Translations under genes and position numbers: made by a program
Assembly (NCBI GenBank): GCA_001179505.1
Contig: CDMY01000646.1
Coordinates: 186,001-250,000, forward strand
Direction: 5' to 3'
Length of the DNA stretch: 64,000 nucleotides
Source: Vitrella brassicaformis CCMP3155
Lineage: Eukaryota > Protista > Chromerida
Shown: positions 45,734-58,347 of the stretch, in pieces
Layout of the letters: each line of letters begins with the position of its first letter
How positions within the stretch are numbered: position 1 is the stretch's first letter
Notes under the pieces: model-generated
What the model was told of the DNA's origin: nothing
Databases searched by the model: none
What the model saw: only the letters and a program-made list of their open reading frames with translations

Positions 45734-48286
45734 ATGAGCGGTCTCATTCCGATGGAGGAGCCTAACCAAGGCGATCAGGAGTCGATGGGCGAGATCGAAG
45801 AAGAGGAGCTCGAAATCGACGAGGAACAGACAGGTGTGGCAAGCGGGAAGCGAATCTGCGTGTGTATGACGTGTGTTGCGTGTTGTCGTCGTCAGAGCAA
45901 CCCACTCCCCTGTCCGTGGCTCCCGAAAAGATCATCCATGCGCCGCCGAAGTCTGTGTTCTTCCGTCTGGCCCTTGCATGCTTGACGAGGCCCATCAGGG
46001 AGGTCATCGCACTCCTCGAGTGAGCTACCGACACAAACCCACGCAGACGAGCCACACGTGCACGCTGATCGATGTGCGTGTGTCATATCGTTCACACACA
46101 CAGGGAGCAGCGATCGCACATCAGCGAGGAGGACAGCTACGGGTGCAACCTGCTGACGTATGCGGCGCAGAGGCACCCCTACACGGACGCGCACCACCTG
46201 TGTAGTGCTTTGATGAAGATGGGCGGCCTCAGCCCGACAGCTCTGGACCAGAACAAGCAGACGCCGGTGTTCTACGCCGCCAGAGAGGGAAACATCCCAT
46301 GTGCTGAGCTCTTCATCGCAGCTGGTACGCGCGAACACACACAGGGAGTTCCCTGCTGCGAGTGCATGCATGTGTCCATTGTGTGGCGGTTGGTGTGTTT
46401 GATGGTCGTTCAGGGTGTGACGTGAGCCAGAGGGACTTCAACCAGCAGACGCCGATGTATTATGCTGCCCGGAAGGGTCAGGACGACATAATCCGTTTCC
46501 TGCTGCGGAGGGGTGCCCACATCGACCACCGGGACCACCACAGAGAGCCCGCGTTGTTCTACGCCGCCCGCAACGGACACCGCTCGTCCATCGAACTCAT
46601 GATAGAAATGGTGGGTGGATGAGGCGACAACCACATCAGCCGCGCCATCCACGTGTTTACTCCCTCTGTTTGCTGACCAATCAGGGTGCGGATCCGTCGT
46701 TGAAGGTGCAGAACAAGAGCGCGGCGTCGTATGCGCGCGCAGGCGGTCATGAGACGCTGGCCGACTGGCTGGAGTCGTACCTGCCCGACCCGGCGGGCGA
46801 CGCCGGCAGACGCAAGAGGAACCTCAAACTCTGGTGGCAGACCAAGGTGGGTGGGTGAGACAGCGGGCAGACACTTGTCTGTGTGGCTGAGGGTGCATCT
46901 GTGCATTGTCTGTCTGTGGTGTGGTGTGGTGTGGTGTGTGCAGGGGCACAAGCACCTGAAGGCATATCCGTGGCTCAAGAGTGCCACCAAGTGAGCGAGC
47001 CAGCCGCCTGGGGCCGACACGAACGGACTGATATGTGTCTGGGTTACTTTTGTGTCTGGCAGGGTGCTGTACAATGTGTGTCAGTTCAAGTGGAGTGCGC
47101 TGTTTCAGAAGCCCGTTGACGTGCTGCGGTTCGGCTGCCCCGACTATGCCGTCAAGATCAAGGAGCCAATGGACCTCGGTACCATCCGCAAGAAGCTCCA
47201 GGGATGGAGATATAAAACAGCCACGGTACTCGGATGGCCGACACACACTCATCCATTCGCTGTGCATGCGCAGCGCCCATATGGTCTGTGTGATGGTGTC
47301 ATGTGTCCTGCATGTGTCAGGATTTTGAGAGCGACTTTTATCTGATGTTGTCCAACTGCTTCGAGTACAACGCGCCCGACACGCTGCCGTACGGCCACGC
47401 GCTCATCCTGCGCACCTACTTCGAGCAGGAGGTCATCGTCCGCGGCCTCTACTGGTTCCTCAAGCAAGAGCAATACAACGAGATGGACCCAAAGCCAACA
47501 GTGCCGCAGCACCAGGACCAGCAGGACCACCACCAGCCGCAGCAGCAGCAGGAGAGCACCATGGAGTCGCAGCCACCACCCCAGCAGCAGCAGGACCAGC
47601 AGCAGCAGCAGCAGCAGCCGGACTACAGCCCCGCCCCCTCCCCCTCTCCGCCGAGCGTCGTCTCGCCGCCAGACGAGTCATCAGAGCAGCAGTACGCGGC
47701 CCCTGAGCTGTTAGTGACGCTGTCCGAGCCCTTCCGCCCCTTTCCCCTCCCCCCCCGCACAGTCGACTGGACCAAGCAGGCCGCCTACTGGTTCCCCCCA
47801 AAGTGGCCACCCGTCGGCCGACCGGAGGAAGCGCGCATCACCAAGAAGCGATCGAGAAGGGGCAGCGGGCTGTCCGTTTCTTTCCTCCCGGACCAGCAGC
47901 AGCAGCACCACCACCACGTGCATCACCACCACCACTCGCACTGGCACGAGGACCGCATGCTTTTCGATTCCCACGACACGGACATGCGCAAGGCGGCGGC
48001 GATGGACGACGACGCGGGCGATGTGGCCAAGAGTGGGGGGCTGATGATGACCGATCTGGGGCGGCTGGACAGCGCCATGTCGCTGGGCACGCGGATGGCC
48101 ATCGCCAAGATCAAAGACGAGTTCGAGGATTTGGATCAGCACGACGGTGGTGAAGAGGGCGAGGTTGATGGGTCGCCTGGCAAGAAGCGGAGAGTGACCA
48201 TTGCTGAGCCGCCGGAGACCGAGATGGATCAGAGAGAGGGGGGGCCGACTCAGATGGATGCAGGCGGCGGCCTGGCTAACGAATGA
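45734..48286 (+). CDS. Ankyrin-repeat plus bromodomain protein (architecture of apicomplexan BDP1)
   Basis: Ankyrin repeats QTPVFYAAREGN, QTPMYYAARKGQ, EPALFYAARNGH; bromodomain WSALFQKPVD...CPDYAVKIKEPMDLGTIRKKL...LMLSNCFEYNAPDT; Gln/Pro-rich tail. Confidence 0.92.
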
Positions 48287-48580
48287 TTTGGCGGGTCACT
48301 CACTGGGTGGGTGGGTTGTTGGGCGGCTTCTTTGCCATTTCTTTGCATGAATGACGTCTTTGCATGAATGACGCTTCCATTCGAACGTGTACGCGTCATG
48401 ACGTCACATTGTTTATGCAATCAGCACAACAATGCGATGCATTCACAGCAGCGGCGGGCGTGGCAGACCTGCGGTGGATCGACGAGGCACTCTCCTGTGA
48501 AAAAAATCGCCCGGGAGCGGAAAAGACGAGGCACGAAACGACTGCTGCTTCAGAGATCCGTCGAAGTCATCTGCAACAAC

Positions 48581-50115
48581 ATGGACGAGATCGCTTTGTC
48601 GCGAAGGTAGGTGCGGGACGCAAGGGAGAGAAAGATCTCCTTGGCGATGGAACGGCGCTGCTCTGCTGTTTGTGTGTCCGTCTGTTCAGTAGCCAAACCA
48701 ACCAGTGGTCATTGCCGCAGCACGAGCACAGCGACCACATGAACAATGCCCCTCTGTCAAGGCCGCCGAGGTGGGAACGGCTCACAAGGGAGAGAGAGAT
48801 GACAATGGAAGGGTCCTGCTTTGCTGTCTTGTTCAGTGGTCTTCCACATTATCCCGCGGCATCCTGCAATGCTGCACCTTCGGCTGCCGTCCCTATGCCT
48901 CCATTCCTGTCTTCCTTGGCCGAGAGGACGACAGATGTCAACGTGCTGCACTGCGCCCTCATCGTTGACGGCGCGAACCTTCTCCGTCGGTACAGCGACT
49001 GTTTTAGGAGTCGCGCCTGGCTCAACTACAAGACATTCGAGGGCATCGTCGATGACGTGATCGATTTCTTCGCGTCCTCGACTGGCAAGACAATCTCAAT
49101 CGACCCCGATCTGTCAGTCTTCGTCGACACCGGGCCAAATGCAATGTACGAGAAGAGAAGAGCAGCCCTGATGAGAGCATCACAGCTATGGGACCACCAT
49201 CGAAAGCTCGAGCAAGCTGCAGACGACCGCAAAATGATGACCAATTTCCACCGATGCGTAGAGGCTCCTGCTGGAACTCTCTACGACGCTCCTGGAGGGA
49301 AGATGGCGAAGCGGCATGAGTTTCAACTGAGACGGGTGGATGTGAAGAGGGTGCCTGGTCCGTACCAACAACTCTTTCGGCAGGTTGGCGGGGATTTGGT
49401 TGTTTACGATGCTATGCTGCATGCGGCTGCGAGTGAAAGCGTTGATGCTGTCGTTCTCTTCAGCGGTGAGCCACAAGGGGGAAAGAGGGAGTATGCTATC
49501 AGACGACACAGACGACCATTGTTTTGTTTTCTCTTTGACAGGTGACGGCGATTTCGTCGAAGCCTTTCTCGGCCTTGACAAGAGGACGCCTCACAAAGAA
49601 AAGAAGAAGCTCGTGGCTGGCTTCTACAACGGCCTCAAGTGAGCATGCATTGTGCGTGTGTTTAGAAGGATGCAATACATTCATCCGCTATCCGCTTTGT
49701 TGTTCCCGTGTGCAGTCATGATTTGATGAGAGCGGCAGATGTCGACGGTCGGTGCGCCCTGAGGGTTGATCCCCAATCAGGACGAGTGTGGGCGGAGGAA
49801 TGGAGAGACCCCTTCCCTTGGGAGAAGCGTCTAAATGTCATCAGCGTGATGTACACACTACCCCCGACGCATGTCAGACGACCAGCGGATGACGTGGTGC
49901 GTGAGGGATCTCGCCGTGACAACGACAACAAGCCGCCCGTCATTACGAAGCGACATGACAGCAAGGAAGAGGAGGAAGAGACGGACTTAGGTGCCTCACG
50001 GCCAGGCGTCCATCCTTTTATTCGACATGTCGGCGGCCGGATGTATATTGAACTGCTGCCTGTCGATGCGAAGAAAGCGCCTGGGCCAGAGTTCTTCTGC
50101 TACCTGGGCAAGTGA
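48581..50115 (+). CDS. NYN (LabA/DUF88, PIN-like) ribonuclease paralog 2, 5 exons
   Basis: CALIVDGANLL ... RQVGGDLVVYDAML ... VDAVVLFSG|DGDFVEA ... KKLVAGFYNGLK|SHDL...PGPEFFCYLGK*; all four NYN acidic residues are present. Confidence 0.8.
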
Positions 50116-50492
50116 TGTATACTCTATCTCGTCCTATAGTTTTGTGAGCCTATAGTAGGCTCTCTGTGCGATTTGTAGCTCTCACTGAGAGTATGCATTC
50201 ATAATGCTCCTTGTGTTGGGCTGCGTGGCTGGAACGAGACAAGGCATATACAATGCATATTACTGAATGAGTTCACTGAAGCTCACACTTGCGACGCATG
50301 GACATCGATGAAAGCTGACACCACAGACAGACCTCAAACGCACACAAATCAGCTTCTTAGTGATCCCGGGGGAGAAGCCATTAGTCCGACAAAGAAAGCC
50401 CGACCAGAGACTCACCCAAAACGGCCTCTGGCCAACTCATCTCATCACACACACATTAAATCACATTTCCCTCGCCCACCAACCCACTCAAA

Positions 50493-51263
50493 TCACTCAT
50501 CCTGCCCCTCATCCTCGCCATCCCCCCACTCGGCACCGCTGGCAGCGACACTCTGATCCTCACGCTCGCTGACAGGGTATGTCGTCGACGCCCCCATGTC
50601 CGGCAGGTCATCGCTTTCATCATCAGCACTACCCTCCCCTCCCCCAGCCGCCCGCCCCTGCAAGTACGCAAAGTTGCGCTCGAATTCCAAATAAGCTTCA
50701 TATTCATTGGTGGGAAGGCCTACGGCTGCTTGCCTGCCTCTCTCTCGATCCACCCAGTTCTCAAGGATCAGGGGAGGGGTCGGCAGTCTGACAGTCTCAT
50801 GGCCCTCGGTGGCTGCAATCGACGGGGATGATGGTTCTGGAGCTTGAGCTGCTGTAGATGGCTGATGCGCTCGATTGCCTCCTGCTCGCCCTCTGCCCTT
50901 CTGGGCGCGCCCCCTGCCGCCCCTAGCCCTCTGTCCGCGGGGTCGCCAGACTCCCCTCCCTCTTCTGCCTCCTCTCCCTCGTGCTCGTCCAGCAGCTGAC
51001 ACCGGCGTCATCGACTTGATACGACTCGAAAGACGGAACTGCATGGACAATTCAAGCAATAGTGCTGACCAAAGATCTCCTTCTCAAGTGCATGTTACCT
51101 GAGGCAGCCGCTGGTGCCGCTGCTGGTGCATCCACTGAGCTGCTGCCTGCAGGAGATCCCACACGAGGCTCTGCAGATGCAAAATGACACTCATTGTGAA
51201 CAGGTACGCAAGCAAAGGATGGGCTGAGTTTCGTTGCCTACCTGCTTCTGCCAGATCAGCCAT
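50493..51263 (-). CDS. Possible hypothetical gene with an RG/RGG-rich then acidic region
   Basis: ORF 50493-51059 (GRARGRGGRRGRG...DDESDD...EDEGQDE) and two upstream exon-like segments from the ATG at 51263. Splice phase into the RGG frame was not resolved. Confidence 0.3.
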
Positions 51264-51361
51264 CGATGCACCTCATTCTGCACACGCAGCAGCCCGGTTT
51301 CCGGAGGCAGATCTGCAGCGCGAGCTTGTTGTCGAGGGAAGTCAAGTAAAGCGGGCTCGTC

Positions 51362-53334
51362 ATGTGTCAGGAAACGGTGAGAGATGAGAATTCCTGCGCC
51401 TTCATTATCCCGATTTCATCTGCGTGTCCTTCTGTCCTCTTCAGGTAGCGCCTTCCAAGGGCCCTGCCAGCCCTTACACACAGCAGACTGAGGTGTACAT
51501 GCAGGCAGATATGCACGCAGAGCGAGCAGGCACCAAGAGCGGCCGTCTTTGTGTTTTTCTCTGCAGGCCCCTGTGGGTGAGAAGAGGGTCGAAATGCGTG
51601 TGGGCGATAGGGTATACGACGTGACACAGGTGCGTCCGGACTCACCCGTGCATATATACTTGGTGCAATGGACGGACACCTGTGTGTATGTGCCGTCCGT
51701 GTCAGTTTGTGAAGCGTCATCCAGGCGGGTCGGTCATCGCCTACTACGCCCAACAGGTCTGTCTGTCTGTCCACTCTTCTCTTCTCTTCTCTCTGTGTAC
51801 ACACGCGTGTGTGTGCGTGTGCATTCTTATCTCTGGCACAGGATGCCACCGATGCGTTCGACGCCTTCCACCAGCGAAGCGATAAGGCCAAAAAGGTATG
51901 GTATGCTGCCGAGTGTCCAGTCAGTGCGTCACCAGAGGGCTTCACATGTGTGCTGCGTCTGTGGGTGCGCAGGTGCTGAACAGCCTGCCCTCCAGACCAG
52001 TGGCTGGTACAGATAAAAGGACACGCTTATGGATGGATGGATGATTTGGGTGAGTGTGTGTGCAGATCATGACGCGAAGAGTTTCTCTGCCGGCGATCGA
52101 GCGTTCATCGAGGACTTCCGGTCCTTCAGACAAGAGCTCATCGATGAGGGGTACAAACATGTGGATCGACAGAAACAAACACTTATGTGCGCACACTGCT
52201 GGTATGCCCAACTCTCGACACAGGTATTTCGACCCATCGTATGCCCACGTCGCGTATCGGCTGGTTGAGCTTGTCGCCATGTTTGTGCTGCACTTCTGGC
52301 TGGTACGGATACTCATATGCACACACACGGCGTCGCACTCTCTGCCGCGTACACACAAACCTGCCACTGTCGGTCGTCGTTGCTTGTGTCAGCTGTCTAT
52401 AGGGAGGTGGGGGCTGGCGGCCATTGTTGGAGGTGGGTGAACAAACACAACCACAAGACACCCACCTACCTGCTCATCCACACCTTCATGCGTGTATGTC
52501 TGTGCATGTGTGTCAGGGATAGCCACTGGTCGTGCTGGCTGGGTGCAGCACGAAGGCGGACACAACAGCCTCACCGGTGCCCATGTGCACTCACATCGAC
52601 ACAAGTGCACCTATGATAGATGCTAATATATGCGTGTGTGCAGGTATCCCCTGGATCGACAAGGCCATTCAGCGGGTGGCAATCGCATTTGGGGTGCTCA
52701 CATACGGATGGAAGGTGCGATGCCCAACACACACAGCTGAGCTGCATCCATGTGCGAGTTCACATCTGTCCATGTGCCCCTCAGTGGAACGACACACACA
52801 ACCGCCATCACGCGACGCCGCAGAAGGTATCCACACTGCCCACAACACACACACAGAGACGGCATGGCATGATGTGTCTTGATGTTCATACGTATCCATC
52901 ATCAATCACATCAGGTGGATCACGACTTTGACATCGACACGCTGCCGTTTGTGGCCTTCTACAAGGAGGTCCGTGTGCTGTGCATCCATAGGGTGGATAC
53001 ACACATGCACCAGTGTTCTCACTCACTGTCAGGCGCTGCAAATCGGCCGCAACCGCAAGAGCGCGTCCAAGCAGTGGCTCAAGTACCAGCACTGGAGCTT
53101 CCTGCCCATCAGGTACGCACACACTGATAAACGTGTCATTCATTCGCACCAGTGTTGTGTGGCCTCTCAGCGCTGGACTGACCGGCTTCGCGTGGGCGTT
53201 TTATCTGCACCCCAAGTCGTACCTGCTCAAGTAAACACCATTCGTCGACCTCTACGCACACCAGCCCAGACACACACATACATGTGTTTGCACCTTGTGT
53301 GTGTGTGTGTGTCTGTGTGTATGTGTGTGTGTAT

Positions 53335-53365
<31 letters not shown>

Positions 53366-54278
53366 CACCGCCAGGAAGTCTCGGCGTGACTTGGTGACGT
53401 TTGTGCTGGTGGTGCTGCGGCTGGTGGCTCACTACTTGTGCTGCCCTGCCGGTGAGCTCATGCACGCATGCTCACGGCCGAGAATATGCATGTGTGTTGG
53501 GTGTGTAATATAATGAAGGTTGGTCTCTCCTGCCGCGAGTCATGTCGTTCGTGCTGACGGGCTTCATCGGTCAGCACCCCAGAAGCGTCAATTGACAACA
53601 CTCGCGTCCACACTCGTGGTGTGTGTGTGTATGTGCGTGATGTAGGTGGCATGTACCTGTTCGGCAACTTTAGCGTGTCCCACACACACTTGCCGGTGAC
53701 ATTCCGCGACGAGAACCGCAACTGGGTCGAGTACGGCATCAACTACACCATGAATGTCGACCCCAATCCTGTCGGTGCGTACACCTGCTCACACACACAC
53801 ATACAGAAAGGCGTGTGTGGAGGGGCGTGAGTCTCTCTTGGTTGTGTGTCGCTGTGTGTGCGACAGTGTCATGGTGGATGGGTTACCTCAACTGCCAGAT
53901 AGAGCACCACCTCTTCCCGTCGATGCCCCAATTCAGACAGACCAAACTCACACACAGGTGAGCGGGGTGGGGTACACACACACACACACACACATGCACA
54001 TGCACATGCACGCATACTCACCTGCACGTGCACGTGACTGCGGCGAATGAATCGAATCGGTGACAGGACGCGTGCATTCTGCGAGAAGCATGGGCTGAAC
54101 TACCAGAGCATGAACTACTTCCAGGTACTGCTATGAGGACGAGTGAACAGAACATATCCACAGCGTGTGGCCATCATGGGCGTGCACTGCTTTCCTTCAG
54201 GCCGTGAAAGCCACCCTGATGAACCTCAAGCACGTGGCCGACCACATCTCTGCCGCAGACGCAGACAAAGAAGACTGA
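51362..54278 (+). CDS. Cytochrome-b5-fused front-end fatty acid desaturase (delta-5/6/8 type, microalgal group)
   Basis: YDVTQ|FVKRHPGG heme motif; His boxes QHEGGH, HNRHH and QIEHHLFP; FGNFSVSHTHLP; ends NLKHVADHISAADADKED*; many short introns. Confidence 0.93.
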
Positions 54279-54502
54279 GATACGTGCGGGTGGATGGGTG
54301 TATACTCGGCGTCCACACTCAAGGCGTGTGTGCGCATTTTGACCTTTTAATATCTTCATTTAACAGCCCGGCCGCCGGCAGCCCTCCCTCCCTCTTGTCA
54401 CTTGCCCTCACAAGTGCAGTTTTGTGAATGTGCATAGGGATCCACACATACGCGTGTGTGTACTTACATGCGCACCGCACAGGATTGTATGGTTCGCTAG
54501 GC

Positions 54503-54779
54503 AGACTGCTTCACCCAAAAAGTTCATGTAATCGTCAATTCGTCGGTCCCTTTGTCTCGCGAAGCACCGCCTGCTGGCTCGTGTGCCATCCATCCATCAG
54601 CACTTTCGCACGTACCGTCTGTGTGCTGCCTGGCCGCCTGGCTGCCTCTCTCCCTGGGTGTCACCAAGTAAGTGAGTGATTCAGAAAGAGTGAGTCGTGC
54701 TGCCTTAGCCATTCGGAGGCATCACCACACACACACACACACACAGACAAGAGAAGAAAAGGGAAGACCAGCGAGGACA
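54503..54779 (-). repeat. Dispersed repeat copy B
   Basis: Reverse-complement match to 20517-20812; lies just downstream of the desaturase stop. Confidence 0.9.
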
Positions 54780-55478
54780 CAGTAAGAATATGTCGATGCA
54801 CTGTGTGTGTGTGTGTGTGTGTGTGTGTTTGAGGGCGCATGCCTGGATGGCACACACGCACCCTCACACACAGAGAGAGAGAGACCTTCCCCCGTCCCCC
54901 TCCCTCTCTGCACACCCTGTTGACATTATGACTGTGTGTGAAGATGGCCTGCCTGCCCATCTAGCTCTGCATTGTGTTCAGGCAGACAGAGAGGCGTCAC
55001 TATCATCTGTTCAGTCACCCACTCGCTGAGACGGCGTGGGTCAAGAAGGAGAGAGCAGATTAGACGTCTTGCTGACTGACGTGTGTATGTGTGTGTGTGT
55101 GTGCGTGTGTCTGTCTGAATGACAATGCATGTGAGCGACTCAGTGTGAAAAAAGTTGATTCAACGCACTGAGTCGAATTCAACGTCATTCAGCAATCGAT
55201 CAGCGACATACGACAAGAACGCCAGACGTAGCGGTGCGATTTGTTGAATCGTTTGGGTGCAACAGACAACCGAGCAACACGTCTCAACCAGTGCCACAAA
55301 CAACCAACAGACGGACTTCACGACCAATCAAGGACCGACGAACAAACTCCTTCCGTCACCCATCCACAGCGACGCAATGATGCAGAGGGAACTGAGAGGA
55401 GAGGAGAAAGCGCACAACACACACACGAGACACAACTGCAGTGGCCTACATGCGCACGTCTCTCCCTTTCTCACCGCA

Positions 55479-55760
55479 TTATCGATTCGAAAAATGCTCA
55501 CTCTCGAGGCAGGGTCCAAGGATTGTCAGACAGGCTGAGTAGCGGCTGTAGGCACCGGGCCTGTCGCTATGAAAGCTCTTGCCATCAGAGAGGAATAACG
55601 AAAAAACTGCCCCCTGGGGCGCCACCTGCACTTGGCCGTCACGCGGCATCAGCAACACGGGATGTTGCTGCTGCACCGCCAGCTGGCCGCCCTGGGCATC
55701 GGACAGGAACACGAACGATAAGAGGATGCAAGCAAGAAGCTTCACGAGCCGCAAACACAT
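55479..55760 (-). CDS. Possible small secreted protein (ORF or first exon)
   Basis: MCLRLVKLLACILLSFVFLSDAQG looks like a cleavable signal peptide; the rest is unrecognised. Confidence 0.3.
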   Translation of the reverse strand: MCLRLVKLLACILLSFVFLSDAQGGQLAVQQQHPVLLMPRDGQVQVAPQGAVFSLFLSDGKSFHSDRPGAYSRYSACLTILGPCLESEHFSNR

Positions 55761-55926
55761 GCCGTCGAACCAGGGAATCCTGCTGCCTGCCTCTAATACC
55801 GCTGGCGGTAATCATCCCGACTCTTGGAGCTTTGCTTGCTTGGGCCGGTTTGCTAGGTTTGCTTTGGGGGCTGTAGCCGTTGCACTCTTGGAGGGAAAAT
55901 TCATTGGGCGTCGATCTTCCGGTTGG

Positions 55927-55953
55927 AAACCCTAAGCCCTAGTAAACCCTAAA
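55927..55953. promoter_or_regulatory. Telo-box / interstitial telomere-like cluster
   Basis: aaaccctaa gcccta g taaaccctaaa: three CCCTA units, about 50 nt before the ATG at 56004. Confidence 0.45.
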
Positions 55954-56003
55954 AGTCATTGGACCCGAGTCACGCTGCTCAAAACTCATCATTTTTGCTC
56001 CCG

Positions 56004-58310
56004 ATGAGTGACTGGGGCAGCTATGGCCCGCAGGTAGTGTGCCCCAGTCAACGCTTTGCCTCTCTCACTCTTGTGTGGCAGTCTTCTGTTCAGGAAGATG
56101 GGATGAACGCCCTGCCATTCGCCGAGGAGCATTATCGTACTAGCCAAGTACATAGAGCACCTGCATGGGTGGCTCGGTACGGAGAACAGGGGGCAGACGC
56201 TCACGATGAACCCCATGATCAGGTGCGCCGCATACGGCATCATATCTGTGGACCCGCTGTGTGTGTCTGTGCCTTTGTGTGTCTGTGCCTGTGATGGGCG
56301 ATCGGTGATGGACTGCAGACATGCGCTGATGCCAGTAAGCGGCAAGCTGCAGTGACCACAAAGCCGTGCAGGCAAACACCAATTGTCGATCATGTGGCGG
56401 TGTCCTTGTCAGCAGGCCCACTCGACGGTCCACCGGCTACATCCGGCCAGCATCCCAGCCCCCACATGTCAGGCCCCTTCATGCCGCCGTTTCTGGCTGT
56501 CGACCAGGAATACACAGCTCAAGTGAGATAATGAATCCAGTGTTCGTTTGTCTTCCGTATCATTTCTTTATCCTCAGCTTTACTATGGCGTCGAATCATC
56601 AGCACGGCAACACGGGGCGTCCCCCCCGGCATCTGTGCCCTTAACAAGACAAGCGACAACCCAAGCCTCACACCAGGTGACATGCACCCTCCCAATGCGC
56701 ACTGCACCGATGTGGCCTTGTGTATTTCAGATGTCCAACAAGAGAGCGAACGAGGTGTCGCTTGGCGAGCGGCTGCAGCTGGATGATGAATTCAAGAGGC
56801 GAAAGTCAGCCGGTGAGACCATCAGCATGGCCAAGTTCGAGAAGGAGAAGGGCTTGCTGCCCGGCCGCTACAAGCAGTGGCACGCCCAGCTCGAGAAGCA
56901 GAGGAAGACCGGCGTACCATTGACTGACTCGACCAAGAAGCGCATCAGACCGCCCAAGTACCCGCAGATTGAGGACGACATGCGTCAGTGGTTGGGTGGT
57001 CATGACCCCACGAATGTTCGTACCAAGGACATCAGGGAGCAGGCGATGAAGATCGCCACTCAGCTGGGCGTCGAAGACTTCTCCGCGAGCGACAGGTGGA
57101 TCGCGGCATTCAGGAAAAGATGGCAGGTAGGGAGAGGACACTCAGACAAGGCGAAAAATTGCTCATTGTCTCTTTGTCAGCCCCCTGTGCCACCTTCCGA
57201 GTCATCTGCTGCCACCGCTGCTGCTGCTGCTGCTTCAGGCACTGACAGCATCGATGCACTGACGGTGAGGGAATGATATGTGCCATCCAGAATCTCATGT
57301 GCCTTACTGCAGGGTCAGGAGGTTGACGAGTCAGCTGCAGCCCTTGAGGCAGATAGATTCATCGGACCGATTATCGACTCCAACCGACAGGTAGACGGCC
57401 TGAACGAGCTGACAACACGCCATGTATATATATGTATTCTGTTGGTTGCAGAACACCACCTGCTCACCAGACGACGGAGCAGACCAGCTGTCACAGACAT
57501 CAGAGCAAAATACTATGAGCGTACGCTAAGAGGGCCCATCCCTCTGGTGGCGAACGAGCCGTAAATGACCTGTCCCGTTCTCCTTCAGGAACCCACATCT
57601 GAGAGCCAACTGACTTACGAGAGGCCGCCGGCTGAGATTCACAATGAGGAATGCAATCACCGGGAAGGACCGCCGTCTGAGGTGAGTGGACTGCAATGAA
57701 GAGAAAAATCACAAGCGGCTAGGTATTGTGATGCAATGTGTGCAGTTACTGTCTGTTTCGTCGGCCGAGTCTGTGGGCAGCACACAGGAGGTCCGAGAGA
57801 GACAGACAGGGAGTATCAGGTCGGCTGCTGCAGCCACATCTCGTGCCTCTTTGTTGTGCCGTAAGGATGACGGGATTGCGCTGCATCGACCCGCATCACC
57901 GCTGCGCCGTCCGTCCACGTCAATCGCCCAGAGCCGAAGGAACAGAGCAGCGGCAGCAGCGACAGCACAGGCAAAGACAAAGAGAGTGAGTGAGCAATAC
58001 TCTGTTTTCGTCGTTCGTTCGTTCGTTCGTCACCATCTTGTCTTGATAATGATGTTTGGTTTGTGTGTGCAGAAGCGGGGCAAATGCTGTCATTTGGGTA
58101 CACACACACTGCACACTTATCGGCAACACGCACAAACTGCAGCTTCGCTGTGCTGTTTGACCTGACGTGTGTGTGTGTGTGTGTGTGTGCCGGCAGGAAT
58201 GTGTTGATAACTGCTTTCTCCGTCTTTGGAATCCTGACGTGGAGTGAGTAGAGAATGAATGAATCGACCCCACTCACTAGCAAGCATCTTCTTAACCAAA
58301 CTCTCTCAAA

Positions 58311-58347
<37 letters not shown>

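Noticed and set aside
48364-48580. N-terminal extension of the 393-aa NYN-2 ORF
   Set aside because: The ORF runs through intron-like segments (48607-48689 and an in-frame 66-nt intron); a spliced model from the ATG at 48581 fits better.
12939-51314. AGATCT recurring near the AGCTCGCA sites
   Set aside because: This palindromic 6-mer also occurs in exons and introns at roughly the expected frequency; enrichment cannot be claimed by eye.
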